Source of the DNA: Antedon mediterranea
Lineage: Eukaryota > Animalia > Echinodermata
Reading direction: 5' to 3'
Assembly: GCF_964355755.1 (NCBI RefSeq)
Contig: NC_092672.1
Location: forward strand, 5,890,001-5,954,000
DNA length: 64,000 nucleotides
The number at the start of each line of letters is the position of its first letter. Position 1 is the first letter of the stretch. Made by a program: the position numbers and the translations under genes. Below are positions 40,940-54,212 of this stretch, in pieces. The notes beneath the pieces are model-generated. The model was given only the letters and a program-made list of their open reading frames with translations. It did not search any database and had not been told where the DNA came from.

Positions 40940-43900
40940 TATTTATTTATTTATTTCGTTTTCTTTTAGTAGGGTAGCCCTCTCAGTAATAAAATAAAAC
41001 TGCTCTTCCGAGGGGCCCTACGGCACATTTAAACAAAATTTGAAAACAACTTAAACTAAACTTAAACTAAAACTTAAACTAAAACTAAACTTCAATGCAT
41101 GTTCTCATTATTATTATACTTTTATACCATATTTAAATATATTTCACTGGAACCATCCTAGACCACCGGCAACAATAAATGAATCTTAACAAGTGATTTA
41201 AAACGGTTATAATTGTTTTGTTTTCTTAATTCATAAGGTAGGCCATTCCAGAGTGAACTTCCATAATAAACAAAACTACGTTTATATATTTCGAGGTTAC
41301 ATCTGGGCAAATACAACAGATTATTTTCATAGTTTCTGGTTTGAATATTGTGTACACTACTAATATATTGCAAAACATTACATAAGTATGAAGGTACAGA
41401 TTCTTGTAAACATCTAAATATTGTACAAATTGTATGATATTCAATTCTTGTCTTAATTGTTAGCCAACCTAAATCATAATGCATTTGTCTAACAGGAGTT
41501 CGAATATCAGCACCTAGTATTAATCGTGCAGCTCTATTTTGTACCCTTTGCAATTTTAAAATATGGGCGTTTGAACCAGTACCCCAGACTGTTGAACAAT
41601 AGTCAATATGTGATAAAAATAGAGCATTGTATAATCTTTTAATAATTTTAGGAGATGTAAAACTTTTCAATCTATAAAATAGATGTAGAATTTTTGATAG
41701 TTTTGCACATATAGAATCAATATGTACTTTCCATGAGAGTTGTTCATCAAATGTAAGTCCCAAATATTTAAACGTTTCAACTTTCTCAATCGGAATGTTA
41801 TCAAAAATTACTGTTTCATCTGTTGTTTTATTAACACGTGCATGAGTACCAAAAAGCATGTATTTGGTTTTATCAATGTTTAGAGTTAATTTATGTTTAT
41901 CTAACCATTGTTTTACATTTTCCAACTGTTCAGTTAAAACTGTTGTAAGCTCTTCATTTGATTTACATGCATAAAAAAGCGCAGTGTCGTCTGCATAGAG
42001 GACTGTTTTACAAATCCCATCAACACTATCATGTAAGTCATTTATGTATAAAATAAACAACAAAGGGCCAAGAATTGAGCCTTGTGGTACCCCATAGTTG
42101 ACATTTAAAATTTCAGATTTTTTTCCATTAAAATTAACAAATTGTTTGCGATTTTTAAAATAATTACTGAACCATGCAAGCTCAGTGTTTATCATTCCAA
42201 AGGTGCATAATTTACGTAATAAAATATCGTGGTCTACCGTATCAAACGCCTTTTTTAGGTCAAGAAAAATTGCTCCAGTTACCAAGCCATTATCAATATT
42301 TTTATATATATAATTGCATACATCTATCAGTGTAGTAGAAGTTGAATGTAACGACCTAAAACCAGATTGATTTTTACATAATAAATTAAACTCATTTATA
42401 TGATTCATAACTTGATTATGGATGCATCTTTCAAAAACTTTCATAACAATAGGTATAACAGATATTGGACGGTAGTTGTTAAGTTCATGTTTACATCCTC
42501 CTTTATAAAGCGGAGTAACCTTAGCACATTTCCATTCACTTGGAATAACACCAGATCTTAATGACCAGTTAAACAAAAAGGCAAGACTTTGAGAAATTTG
42601 TGAAGATGCAATTTTAAGTAACCTAGCGGAAATCCCATCAATTCCAGTAGCTTTTCCAATTTCTAACTTTTCCAACAAAGCTTCAATTTCATTTCCATTA
42701 ATATCTTTAAAGTTGAAACGTTGTTGAAATTGTGATAACGATTCAACGGTAATATCGTTTTGGTTGTCATTAAAATGGGATGCAAGTTCATTAGAAATTG
42801 AACAAAAATATTTATTAAAATGATTAGCAATATCAGTTGGATTGTTTATTTCATTACCGTTTACATTGAGAGTTGTTTTAGTTTGTTTCTTTTTATTGGG
42901 TAAAAAGTCTTTCATGGTTTTCCATAATGTTTTAGTGTCATTAACATTATCCTTTAATTTATTATTTATATAGTCGCGTTTTAGTGATTTAGACAAATTA
43001 TTTAATTTATTTCTTGCCTTTTTGTAAGAATTCCAATCATCTATGTTGTTAGTTTTTTCGGCTTTTTGTTTTAAATAATCACGGTCACGAGAAAGGGAAA
43101 CAAATTCGTCTGTAAGCCATGGAATATCAGTTCCCTTCCTCCTGACCGTCACCATAGGAGCATGAATATCACAAATATCAGTAAAAATGTGTTTCCAAAT
43201 GTCCCAAGCCTCGTCAGCATCCTCGGACGCCTCACAAATACTCCACGGAGCAGATGCAAGATCAGAAATAAACAAATCTTCGTTAAATTTCCGGAAGGTT
43301 CTCGTATGTAAAATACGCGGGGGCAATTTTATTTTAAATTTTTTACGTATTGCATATATCAATGAGTGATCGCTAATTCCAATTGGTACAACTCCAGTTT
43401 TGCTTATAAAGTCATCCCTATTTGAAAAAATTAAATCAATACAACTACTACTGTTTTCCGTTACGCGCGTTGGAGTTTTAATATACTGGTTTAATTGGAA
43501 AATTTGGTGGAGGGTTTTAATGTTCCGAGAATGCTGTTTATCAAATATATTCCAATTTAAGTCACCAACAACAATAATCTCTCTTATACTATCTAGTATA
43601 AAAGATATTTGATCATGCATTATATCAACAAATCCAGTACACGAATTTGGTGGTCTATAAACATTACCTATAACGAACGGTTTAGTGTTAACCGGCTTAA
43701 TTTTTATCCATACCGATTCAATTGTATTTTCACCAAAGTCAATGACATCAAAATCAACATTTTCGTTTACATAGATAGCCACCCCACCTCCGTGTCTATT
43801 TCTGTCTGTTCTAACTAATAGGTATCCTGGGATTGCAAGTTCACTATTATGTATATTTTGATCTAGCCAGGTTTCACTAATTCCTAAAACATGGAAACGG

Positions 43901-44284
43901 CATTCCGAAAGTAAACTCCGAACATGGTCCACCTTATTATAGAGACTTCTGACATTTAAATGACCAATTTTAAAACCCTTTGTACAATCAATCTCGCATA
44001 ATTTGCATAGTATGCCAAAAGCAGGATAAACAATAGAGTCGTTACGTAATTCAGCGTCGTCTACGTCGTTGTCTAAAAGGCTTCCCGTACGATGTTCGTT
44101 TAACAATTGAATTGGTTTAAATGGTTTATTACATGCGTTACAAATAAAATCTAAAATCATCTTATCTACATAAAATACAATACAGATTTAGGACATTTAA
44201 AATTCTTACACAATACCTTTTACATTTAGGTAATTGTTTAAGATCGGAAGTTCTGGATAAAACAACTTTCTCGTTACTGCCAGT
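40940..44284 (-). mobile_element. CR1-group (L2/Crack/Daphne-like) LINE, 5'-truncated
   Basis: Intact APE+RT ORF2, 3' UTR stem-loop-like sequence and (AAAT)n tail; interrupts the segmental unit at GTTTGGT/GAAAAGAACAG. Confidence 0.9.
41158..44160 (-). CDS. LINE ORF2: AP endonuclease + reverse transcriptase, 1000 aa
   Basis: HLNVRSL, ISETWL, YRPP, GDLN, SDH; NYRPIS, FLDLKKAFD, GVPQGSILGP, LYADD. Confidence 0.96.
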   Translation of the reverse strand: MILDFICNACNKPFKPIQLLNEHRTGSLLDNDVDDAELRNDSIVYPAFGILCKLCEIDCTKGFKIGHLNVRSLYNKVDHVRSLLSECRFHVLGISETWLDQNIHNSELAIPGYLLVRTDRNRHGGGVAIYVNENVDFDVIDFGENTIESVWIKIKPVNTKPFVIGNVYRPPNSCTGFVDIMHDQISFILDSIREIIVVGDLNWNIFDKQHSRNIKTLHQIFQLNQYIKTPTRVTENSSSCIDLIFSNRDDFISKTGVVPIGISDHSLIYAIRKKFKIKLPPRILHTRTFRKFNEDLFISDLASAPWSICEASEDADEAWDIWKHIFTDICDIHAPMVTVRRKGTDIPWLTDEFVSLSRDRDYLKQKAEKTNNIDDWNSYKKARNKLNNLSKSLKRDYINNKLKDNVNDTKTLWKTMKDFLPNKKKQTKTTLNVNGNEINNPTDIANHFNKYFCSISNELASHFNDNQNDITVESLSQFQQRFNFKDINGNEIEALLEKLEIGKATGIDGISARLLKIASSQISQSLAFLFNWSLRSGVIPSEWKCAKVTPLYKGGCKHELNNYRPISVIPIVMKVFERCIHNQVMNHINEFNLLCKNQSGFRSLHSTSTTLIDVCNYIYKNIDNGLVTGAIFLDLKKAFDTVDHDILLRKLCTFGMINTELAWFSNYFKNRKQFVNFNGKKSEILNVNYGVPQGSILGPLLFILYINDLHDSVDGICKTVLYADDTALFYACKSNEELTTVLTEQLENVKQWLDKHKLTLNIDKTKYMLFGTHARVNKTTDETVIFDNIPIEKVETFKYLGLTFDEQLSWKVHIDSICAKLSKILHLFYRLKSFTSPKIIKRLYNALFLSHIDYCSTVWGTGSNAHILKLQRVQNRAARLILGADIRTPVRQMHYDLGWLTIKTRIEYHTICTIFRCLQESVPSYLCNVLQYISSVHNIQTRNYENNLLYLPRCNLEIYKRSFVYYGSSLWNGLPYELRKQNNYNRFKSLVKIHLLLPVV

Positions 44285-47200
44285 AATGAAAAGAACAGTA
44301 AAAAAAAGTGATAATTTAGAAGTCCATCATGATTGGGAGTGTCATTTCTGTCCAACTAGTGGTGCCATTTATCATGAATTTTACGTGCAAGAGTACCATT
44401 TCCAGCTATCTAGGGGTACCATGATTGAACCAAATTCGCTTCGCCACAGGCCCCATCATGGGGAAGGGCTGTGGCTCAAATACTTTGTTTCCGAACTCCC
44501 CCACAAAAATGGTGTAATCTCTCGCGCATTTCAAATCTCTGGTTGGTAACTATGCAATAGTAGAAAAAGTATGAAGTGATAATTTACAAAAGTCAAATTT
44601 CTATCAATATATGATACATCTTTTGTATTATTTCTTGTTAGATATTTTGTGTGGGTATCTTTTAAGAATGGCAATGAATTGAATTAACCTTAATATATAT
44701 ATATAATGTTTTGTTGAAGTTGTACAGTATCTAATATGTAATTTCAAATCAGTTTTCATTAACCTTCCTTCCCTTTTCAAAATGTTTCAATATTTTGCAC
44801 TCAAATTTATTTTTGTGGTAAATTGAGTCGAAAGGATGAATTCCAACTCAGGAAATAGTAAAAGATGATTATTGTTTTGGAGTTCAATGTCCGTCAACTT
44901 TAGAAATTAGTCTGAATCAGAATTGATTCTACTGAGAGACTGCAGCTGTATGTTACACATTTAATAATGGTTTTACACATGACAATAAATAAGTTGCATG
45001 CAATGCATAAAAGGTATTATAATTCTATATGTATATGCAGCCTAGCAGCTTAGAACCATAGTTACATTGAACTTCTAATAATACGTAGTTTCAAATATCA
45101 ATTTTAGAAATTGGCAGCTATTGACAGAACTTATTATACTGAGAGACTCTACAGGTGACACATTGCTATCATTTTATAACACCTTATTAATTATTCTATT
45201 GTGTATACACAGCCTATAACCATCAGTATATTATCATTTGTTTTATTCATTTGTTGTGTGAAAATATTGATATCAAATGGTGAGAAAATACTGAGTTTTC
45301 TCATGTTAACCTGAAGTAACTTATGGTGTTAATGTACTTTCTTCACTCCCCTTACCTTATTTTTTATGTCCCTCTCTGTTTCACCTTTCAATTTAATATA
45401 TTTTAATGTTCTTTAGATTGTGTTTTGATTGGTTGATTTGTTAACCAATCCTTTCAATTTGGTACTCCTTTTCCTAGAGGCCCCTTATTTGAAGTAGTTT
45501 GTTGAGACACTGATACAGTCCAAGAGTCCGAAATTATCTTTTATTACAACTTCTAGTCTGGAATAAAATGTTCACCTATGGAAAAGGGGTTGCTTATTTC
45601 ATTTGTTTTTGGTTAGCCACTTGTGGGAGGTAAATTAATGTTGTAAAAACATGAAAATGTGTTCATAGCTTCTAATGTATTAAAATATAAAATCAAATCC
45701 AAAAATCCAAAAATAATCACTGTTTAATTATCATAGTGCAAACAAAGAAATAAAGTCTACCATAATAACCAGTATAATGATTCTATTATATACAATTAGA
45801 TATAACCTAGACATCTGATTGGTTAAAACTAAATGCATAATTTAACTTGTTTTCTGCTTCACTGAATTAATTGTTATCAAATTCTCCCATCACTAATTAC
45901 ACTTTTTTACGTCCTGTTTCTGCTGCCAAATAATTTGAGTTAATTTATTCACGTGGTTACCAGTTATTTTTTAACAGCAGAAACATTTTTTGCTCATATC
46001 AATAGAAGTAAAATTTAACATGTTGTTGTCATTGTGCAAATTATCTTGGGTCCATGGTTTTGCATACACTATTATATCTTTTTATCTGCCTCCTAAAACA
46101 ATACAAACAATCCTAGCCTTAATGTATTGAATATGATACCCTAAGATGTTTAGTAGTGTATCTACAAAATTATTGGGATAGAGTATATAGATTGCATATA
46201 TCTGTGTAGAACCAACGATAGGATGGTTAGGGGAGGATGACGGACATCCTTTATTTGCTAGAGCGTTAAATCATATACAGTCGACATAGCCGTTTTATTA
46301 GTTATGACGACAACCGGCAGTGTCTCTCTCCCTCCCCTGTCTCACGATGTGGGCCCTTCTGAATTACTACAGCATAGGCCTAGCTTTCCCAGCTAGGGGC
46401 CTTGCATTCAAACGCAGCGCAAAATGCTTTAACACTGCCATTTGAACCCAATAAAAATGTTATTTCGTTAAACAATTAAATTGGAAGTTCAAATATTATT
46501 TAGAGTTTTTAAAATTCCACATTTAAGTGTAATTTGTACTGTATATTTAAGGTTATAGGTACATTTTTTCTATTCGTTTTCCATAAACGGGAAAATGGCA
46601 ACTTTATCGTCCTCAAAAAGTTAAGACAACAGAATTTTATGCTAAGTTCCGCCCACTTTGTTAGAGCTCATGCATAATTATTATTATTATTCATGAGCAC
46701 CGTCCTGTCCCTTCCCTTCCTGTTTCATAAAGTTTAAGGCCATCTCACTTTTTATGCATTGACATGTAATGTTATTTGACTTTGCATAATAAATGACACT
46801 TTTGTACACAGAAAACTTCAACTATGATAGGTTTGACAAGCAATGTTATTTGAATACTTGCTCTTTCTTTGAGTTTTTAGCCATCTAACTTAAAAATCTT
46901 ATCATGGCCTTCATTAAGGACAGGATTGTTATGTAAGTTTGGTATTGAAAAGAACAGTAAAATAAAGTGATAATTTAGAAGTCCATCATGATTGGGAGTG
47001 TCATTTCTGTCCAACTAGTGGTGCCATTTATCATGAATTTTACGTGCGAAAATACCATTTCCAGCCATCTAGGGGTACCATGAGTGAACCAAATTCGCTT
47101 TGCCACAGGCCCCATCATGGTGAAGGGCAGTAGCTCAAACACTTGGTTTCCGAAATCTCCCACAAAAATGGTGTAATCTGTGGCGCATTTCAATCTCTCT

Positions 47201-49502
47201 GGTTGGTAACTATGCAATAGTAAAAAAAAAGTGATTATTTACAAAAGTCAAATTTCTATCAATATAGGATACATCTTTTTTATTGTTTCTTGTTAGATAT
47301 TTTGTGTGGGTATGTTTTAAGAATGGCAATAATTAAATGAACCTTAATATATATAATGTTTTGTTGAAGTTGTACAGTATCTAATATGTAATTTCAAATC
47401 AATTTTTATTAACCTCCCTTTTATTTTCAATATTTTGCACTCAAAAGTTATTTTTGTGGTAAATTGAGTCGAAACAATGAATTCCAACTCATGAAATATT
47501 GAAAGGTGATGATTGTTTTGGAGTTCAATGTCCGTGAACTTTAGAAATTAGTCTGAATCAGAATTGATTCTACTGAGAGACTACAGCTGTATGTTACACA
47601 TTTGCATTGCATAAAAGGTATTATAGTTCTATTATGTTTATGCAGCCTAGCTAGCTTAGAACCATTGTTACATTGAACTTCTAATAATATGTTGTTTCAA
47701 ATATCAATTTTAGAAATTTGTTGATTATTTGCCAAAATTTATTCTGCTGAGAGATTCTACAGCTGACACATTGCTATCATTTTGTAACACATTTTATTGT
47801 ATTGTGTATACACAGCCTGTTTAGCCCCTTATCATTACTATTTCTTTCATTCATTTATTTTTTATGAGAATATAGATATCAAATGGTGAGAACATACACA
47901 CAGGTCTCACTGAGTTTTGTAATGTTAACCAGCAGTAACGTACATGGTGTTAATGTACTTTATTCTCTCCCCTTACCTTGTCTAACTCCTCCCTTTCACA
48001 TTTCAATTAAGTATATTTTGATATTTCTTCCATCTTCTGTTTGATTATGTTTAATTGGTTGGTGGATAATCAATAATCAATAATATAATTATATTACATG
48101 GCATTTTATAATGATAATAATGACAACCCTTGATACAAGCCTTCCAAGTTTGACATAAAAAGTGTGATGTGCCCAAATATGGTAGTGATATGACATCATC
48201 ATTAACTTCAGAGAAAGGCAAAACAAAAAAAAGCACAGGAAAGTTCCATTGTATTCCAAATGCAATGGGAAAATCAAACTTACCAGAAAAACAGATTTTA
48301 GGCCAAACATTGTTATAATATGATTACGTTGGTAATCAATAATGAAAACTACAGGTAATTATCACTTACAAAATAATACTAATATTGAACATTGGTACAA
48401 TAATCCATTGTAGATTTAAGCGTGAGAACATTGTATAGTCACACATTTTAACAATTATGGGTTTTATTCAATCAGTAAAATACACTCATGGTTGTCAATA
48501 TCCTCTCTACTATCATGGTTACCTGTATTTCTAACACATATTTACCACGTCTATACTATAGTTGATGCTGATTGATGTGTTTGTTTTTGTAATCTGTCAA
48601 TGCTATTAACAAAATGTGCTAAACCGAATTGTTTCGATCAAATCGTACTAAAGATAAAAGAAAGTACAAGAAAATAACAGAACAGAATAACAAGGGAATA
48701 TATATTTGGATGAAGTGTAAAATCATTGTATTGATCGTTTGAGAATGAAATGAATAAAATAGTGGTTAACGCCACAAAAAGAAAAAAACAAACAAAATGT
48801 GCTTAACTAGTTCCACTTCCTAATTCAAAATCTGGAATTTGCACCCTCTCAGCTTAAGCGCTGTCTACACTAACTAAAAAAGTGTGATGTGCCCAAATAT
48901 GATAGTGATATGCCCAAATATGGTTTTGATATGATGTCATCATGTCCATATATGGGCACATCACATTTTGTTGTCACATAAAGTTTGATAGTGTAGACAG
49001 AGATTTTAGGATTAACCTGAGTAAAACAGAATATAAGAATGTATAGGTATATTTACAAATATAATAAAAATATAATCAAAGCCAATCTAAAACTGTTATA
49101 GATTGTTAAACAAAGAAATAAAGTCTACTATAATAATAAGTATAATGATTATATTATATACCATACCATAGATATAACCTAGACATCTGATTGGTTAAAA
49201 CTATACGCATAATTTAACTTGTGTCTGCTTCACTGAACTACTGTAATCTGATCACTTTCAGGTTCTACTGCCCTCAACTTCTCTCATCATAAATTACACT
49301 ATTTGTTATGCATTCTGTATGCATGTCTTCCATGATTTCTTTTTACTCTGATGAGCAGTTTTCTTTTTTTTTCAATTTTCTTGCTTCTTGTATTTACTTT
49401 AGACAGGCCTTTACCCTGAAGTAGGTTGAATATGGCTAACAATGATGATGATTTACTTTGCTACAAAATTTAATTTCCTATTTATGGTGTGCTTCTGTAG
49501 TT

Positions 49503-49677
49503 TGTCGTGTATCGTCGTAGACAAATTAATAAGTACGTTGAGATGAGTATAATAATGAACGTATTTAATGAAACCAACTAGTAGTCATGAACAATAGTAT
49601 AGAACGTTTTGTAGGCTAACCCTCGTCAGAGCATATGCGCAGTACGCATATATATATGTGCGCGTGCATATACTACA
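49503..49677 (-). repeat. 3' LTR
   Basis: Identical to 54038-54212. Confidence 0.95.
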
Positions 49678-49883
49678 CTCCTCCTTTCTTATTTTAACGT
49701 TAACATTATATCAATAAGCACAATAAACTTTCGTTAATTATTTTGTTAATCGAATAGGTTAATCATCGTGATTAAATTACTGCTTCTATAGTTCCAGATA
49801 GTTCTTATTTGGTTCCTCATAATAATTAACAAATGTGAGTAATTCTCACCATTATAATTTTGTGTAAAAACATGAACATAACT

Positions 49884-51430
49884 TTAACGTTCATAATAAT
49901 AACATTGTTCACAAGTTCTATATCTCTTCGATAAGTCGTGTTGTCGTGGAATAACCTCAGGCGATGAAGACAATCTATGTTCCTCTTCAACCGGTTGGTT
50001 GGTGGATGTTTGCTCTTTGTTCGCAATCGTTTCGCTCGCAATCGTTATTGGTACTGTCTGTTTAATCTTGTGTTCCAACTCGCTATGTGAAGTAGGGGTT
50101 TTACTCGCGTAAGCGTCCGCGTCTGTCGCTTTCAACTGGTCAATGTGTCTTTTCCACACTCGGCCATCCTCAACACTAATTACGTATGATTTTGGAGCGG
50201 TACGTTCTATCACGGTACCTGGCCACCACTTTCCCTCTTGTCGGAAATCTTTCACTAATACCATTTCACCTGGGTAAAATTCTCGTAGATCTTTCGTTTT
50301 GTCGTGATGAAGCTTCTGATCACTCTGCTTGTTAAGTACCTTGTTTTCTGTACTGGGATGTAAAAGTGATACTCGCGTTCTTAACTCACGGCCCATGAAT
50401 AACTTCGCTGGCGTTTGTCCCGTAGTTGCGTGTTTTGTTGTGCGATACGATAAAAGAAATCTGTCCAAACATTGTTGGAAATCCTTCCCATTAGCTCGGC
50501 TTGCCGCTAACGATCTTTTGAAAGATTGAACCATTCGTTCTGCTGCTCCGTTGCTTGCGGCGTGATAAGGTGCAACCTTTACATGTTTCACCCCGTTTTG
50601 CTTTAAGAAGAATTCAATTTCGTCGCTAACAAATTGAGGTCCATTATCGCTTACAAGTTGAACAGGCAATCCGTATCTACTGAACAACTCTCTCATCGCT
50701 TTGATGGTCGCTGCACTCGTCGTACTGTTCATCTGAACGACTTCTGGCCATTTCGAATATGAGTCAACCACTACTAGATAATCTCGTTTATCTTTCTGCG
50801 CATAGTCAATATGTATTTGTGTCCAAGGCTGATTTGGCCAGATCCAGGGCATCATTGGTGCTACGCTTGGTCGACTTTGTGTTTGGTGACATGCTTGACA
50901 TTGCTTCACCAATCGTTCAATGTCGGAATCTATCTGGGGCCACCAGACATGACTTCGCGCAATCTCTTTCATACGCACGATTCCGGGGTGAGCACAATGA
51001 AGCTCCTCCAGAACTGCCCCTCTGAGTTTTGGTGGAATCACTACCCTGTATCCCCACAGCAAACAGTCCTGTTCTACACTCAATTCGTCTCTTCGGTGTA
51101 GGAATGGTTTTAGATCGTCGTCGTTTTCTGACTGCCATAAACCTGTCTGTACCATGTATAACACTTTGCTCAATAGCGGGTCTTTCCTGGTATGCTGTTG
51201 TACGTTCGTACTCGTGACTGGCAAATTGTCTAATGTATGCCCCGCTATGTTATATACTGCATCGTCTTCCCGTCCTTCGTATGGCATTGGGAGACGTGAG
51301 AGTGCGTCGGCAATTACGTTCTGTTTTCCAGGAATGAACTTTAAATCGTATTCGAACGCTGACAGTACGATTGCCCATCGCTGTAATCTCTGTGCGGCCA
51401 GTGTCGGAATAGCTGATTTAGGTCCTAGAA
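49884..51430 (-). pseudogene. Gypsy pol 3' part: RNase H C-terminus + integrase
   Basis: ILGPKSAIPTLAAQRLQRWA..ADALSRLP; HHCC zinc finger, HIDY, SDNG, AERMV. Confidence 0.92.
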
Positions 51431-53468
51431 TGCGTGATCAGTTCGTATGTGGACTAATAAGTCAGAGCATCCAAAAGAAATTATTGACAAAGAACCATAC
51501 GTTCAAGGAAGCAACAGATATAGCCATAGCCTCGGAGGCAGCAACAGCGAATATGAAAAGTATGTCGCACGATGGGGACAAGCCAATCAACCACGTTACG
51601 TCTAACAGCAGGAAGTCTACGAAAACTTATCAAGCGTTGAAACTAACACGAACGCAGAAATGTGACCGCTGTGGTATGAACAATCATACAAGAGATACGT
51701 GTAAATACAAAAACGCTACATGTTTTAAATGCAACAAACAAGGACACCTAAAATCAGAATGCAGGCAGTCGAGTAAATCAACAAAACAATATAAACCTAA
51801 ATCCATCAAGCAAGTAGAAGCACCGGATTACGACGAAGGTAATGACGATTTTGTAGATACAATGTTTTGCGTAGGCATTAAGCAGGACAATTCGGTACCA
51901 CCAATAACGGTACAGATGCGAGTTGATGATATAGATATTGATTTTGAAGTAGATACGGGCGCAGCAGTATCGATAATTAGCTTTGACGATTACGAAAGCA
52001 AGCTTAGCCATCTACCATTAAAGTCAGTAAAACGTACACTTCACGCATACACAGGTACTAAGCTCGATATAGCAGGAGAAATTAAAGTCACCGTGAACTA
52101 TAGGGGCCAGAGTAACGTTCTCCCACTGATAGTAGTGAGAACACAGCGACGAAACTCACCACCCTTGCTTGGAAGAACCTGGTTAGAAGTGATTAAGTTG
52201 GACTGGAAGTCATTATTTCCACCATCGCTTGCTCAGAATTCGGTAGAAATAGATAACGATGTCAGTCATTCAAACGGAAGTTCCCAGAAGTTTTCCGAAC
52301 GGAATTAGGTACGGTTCAGGGACACAAAGCGACATTACATCTAAAAGTGAACGCAATCCCAAAATTCTGCAAAGCTCGAAATGTTCCATTTGCGCTACGC
52401 TCCGCAGTTGAGGTAGAGTTAGACAGAATGCAAAACGAAGGAGTTATTTATCCGGTAGACTTTAGTCAGTGGGCAACCCCATTGGTATGTATTCCAAAGG
52501 CCGATGGCAGGGTACGTGTCTGCGGAGATTATAAAGTAACAGTCAACCCGAGTTTAAATTGCGACCAATATCCAATTCCGACCCCAGAGGAAGTTTTCAC
52601 CAAGTTGGGAGGTGGAAAGCGATTCTCTAAGATTGATTTGAAATGTGCGTACCAGCAGTTAGTACTGGAAGACGAGGCGCAAGAGTTGGTAACGATCAAC
52701 ACGCACCGCGGATTATATCGATACACGAGGTTACCGTTTGGTATTTCGTCCAGTCCAGCCATATGGCAGCGATTCATAGAACAGGTGATAGCAGGACTTA
52801 AAGGAACATGTGCGATCATGGACGATGTTCTTGTTACAGGTGCGTCTGATAAAGAGCATATTAGTAATCTTGAGAAACTATTTGAGAGATTTAACAAGTA
52901 TGGTCTCAGAGTGAAAGCTGAGAAATGCGAGTTTGTACAAAAGGAAGTAGTCTACATGGGACGTAAGCTATCAGCAGCAGGAATTCAACCGACAAACGAT
53001 AAAGTGAAAGCCATCAAGGATGCACGAGCACCACAGAATGCAACAGAACTAAGATCCTGGCTAGGACTAGTTAACTATCACGCGTCATTTATTCCACGAT
53101 TATCGACGATGATACATCCTTTGAATGAGCTGTTGGGAAGCAAACCATGGTCATGGACTGTCGACTGTAGTAAAGCGTTTAACGCGGTAAAGCGAATTAT
53201 TAGCGAAGACATGATGTTGACGCATTATGACCCATTAAAACCACTGGAACTATACACGGACGCATCACCATACGGAGTTGGCGCAGTCATTTGCCACGTA
53301 AACGAGAACAATATCAAAACACCAATCGCGTACGCATCGCGAAGCCTGCATAAACACGAAAAGGGTTATGCACAACTAGACAAGGAAGCCCTAAGCATCA
53401 TGTTTGGACTTCAAAGGTTTAGAACATACTTATACGGACGGAAATTCACGATAAGAACTGATCACGCA
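51431..53468 (+). pseudogene. Inverted central Gypsy segment: Gag C-terminus, two CCHC knuckles, protease, RT, RNase H N-terminus; one frameshift near 52270
   Basis: RDQFVCGL, CDRCGMNNH..C, CFKCNKQGH..C, VDTGA, RLPFG, IMDD, TDAS, EAL, TDH on the strand opposite to the rest of the element. Confidence 0.92.
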
Positions 53469-53862
53469 GTGCATTTTCCAATGCCTCTCCTTCAAAACCA
53501 CAATGTATCGCCTTTTTCTTTAGATGGGATACAAATTGAGAAATAGTCTGTCCCGGTGTCTGTTTTACATTTCTGAATATAAATCGTTCAGAAATCGTTA
53601 TTCGAGTAGGTTTGTAATGCTCTTTGAGCTTGGTTGTGAGCGTATCGTACGATTTTGTACTTGGTTTATCAGGAAAACACAAATCTCGTATCGTTGTGTA
53701 TCCAGTCTCTCCTAAACTACTCAATAATATCGCTCTTTTCTTACCTCCGTCATTGATATCTAATGCCACAAAATATTGTTCCAGCCTGTCCACATACGTA
53801 TCTATGTCTCCATCCTGGACGTTGAATTCCTCGAATAGAATTCTGGTATTAGCCGCTGCCAT
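53455..53862 (-). pseudogene. Gypsy Gag N-terminal part
   Basis: YVDRLEQYF..AILLSSLG..ERFIF..Q..GQTI..LRDQF, cut at the inversion breakpoint. Confidence 0.9.
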
Positions 53863-54037
53863 TACTGCGCTTCGCTCTGTACGTTCAGGGCGCTCAGAAT
53901 CGTTATTAGCCTGTGCGGTTCCTTGGTTACGGTTGCCGTTGTTGGAAAATCAAAAACTGCTAGCCTAGGCCTATTTTTATAATATTATTATACTTCCGTT
54001 TCTCTCTATGTAAATGTGCCTGTATCCTCGTCGCCAG

Positions 54038-54212
54038 TGTCGTGTATCGTCGTAGACAAATTAATAAGTACGTTGAGATGAGTATAATAATGAACGTATT
54101 TAATGAAACCAACTAGTAGTCATGAACAATAGTATAGAACGTTTTGTAGGCTAACCCTCGTCAGAGCATATGCGCAGTACGCATATATATATGTGCGCGT
54201 GCATATACTACA
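54038..54212 (-). repeat. 5' LTR
   Basis: Identical to 49503-49677, adjacent to the PBS. Confidence 0.95.

Larger units (their letters stand above)
49503..54212 (-). mobile_element. Ty3/Gypsy (Mag-like) LTR retrotransposon with internal inversion
   Basis: Identical 175-bp TG..CA LTRs; PBS TGGCGACGAGGA on - beside 54038; PPT AAGAAAGGAGGAG on - beside 49677; gag/PR/RT/RH/IN motifs. Confidence 0.95.

Noticed and set aside
51154-51430. N-terminal 92 aa of the 384-aa plus-strand ORF
   Set aside because: Antisense of the RNase H/integrase junction; real plus-strand coding starts at the inversion breakpoint
51431-53468. Reversible phase-variation switch
   Set aside because: Re-inversion leaves RNase H deleted and frameshifted, a second frameshift sits near 52270, and no recombinase is seen
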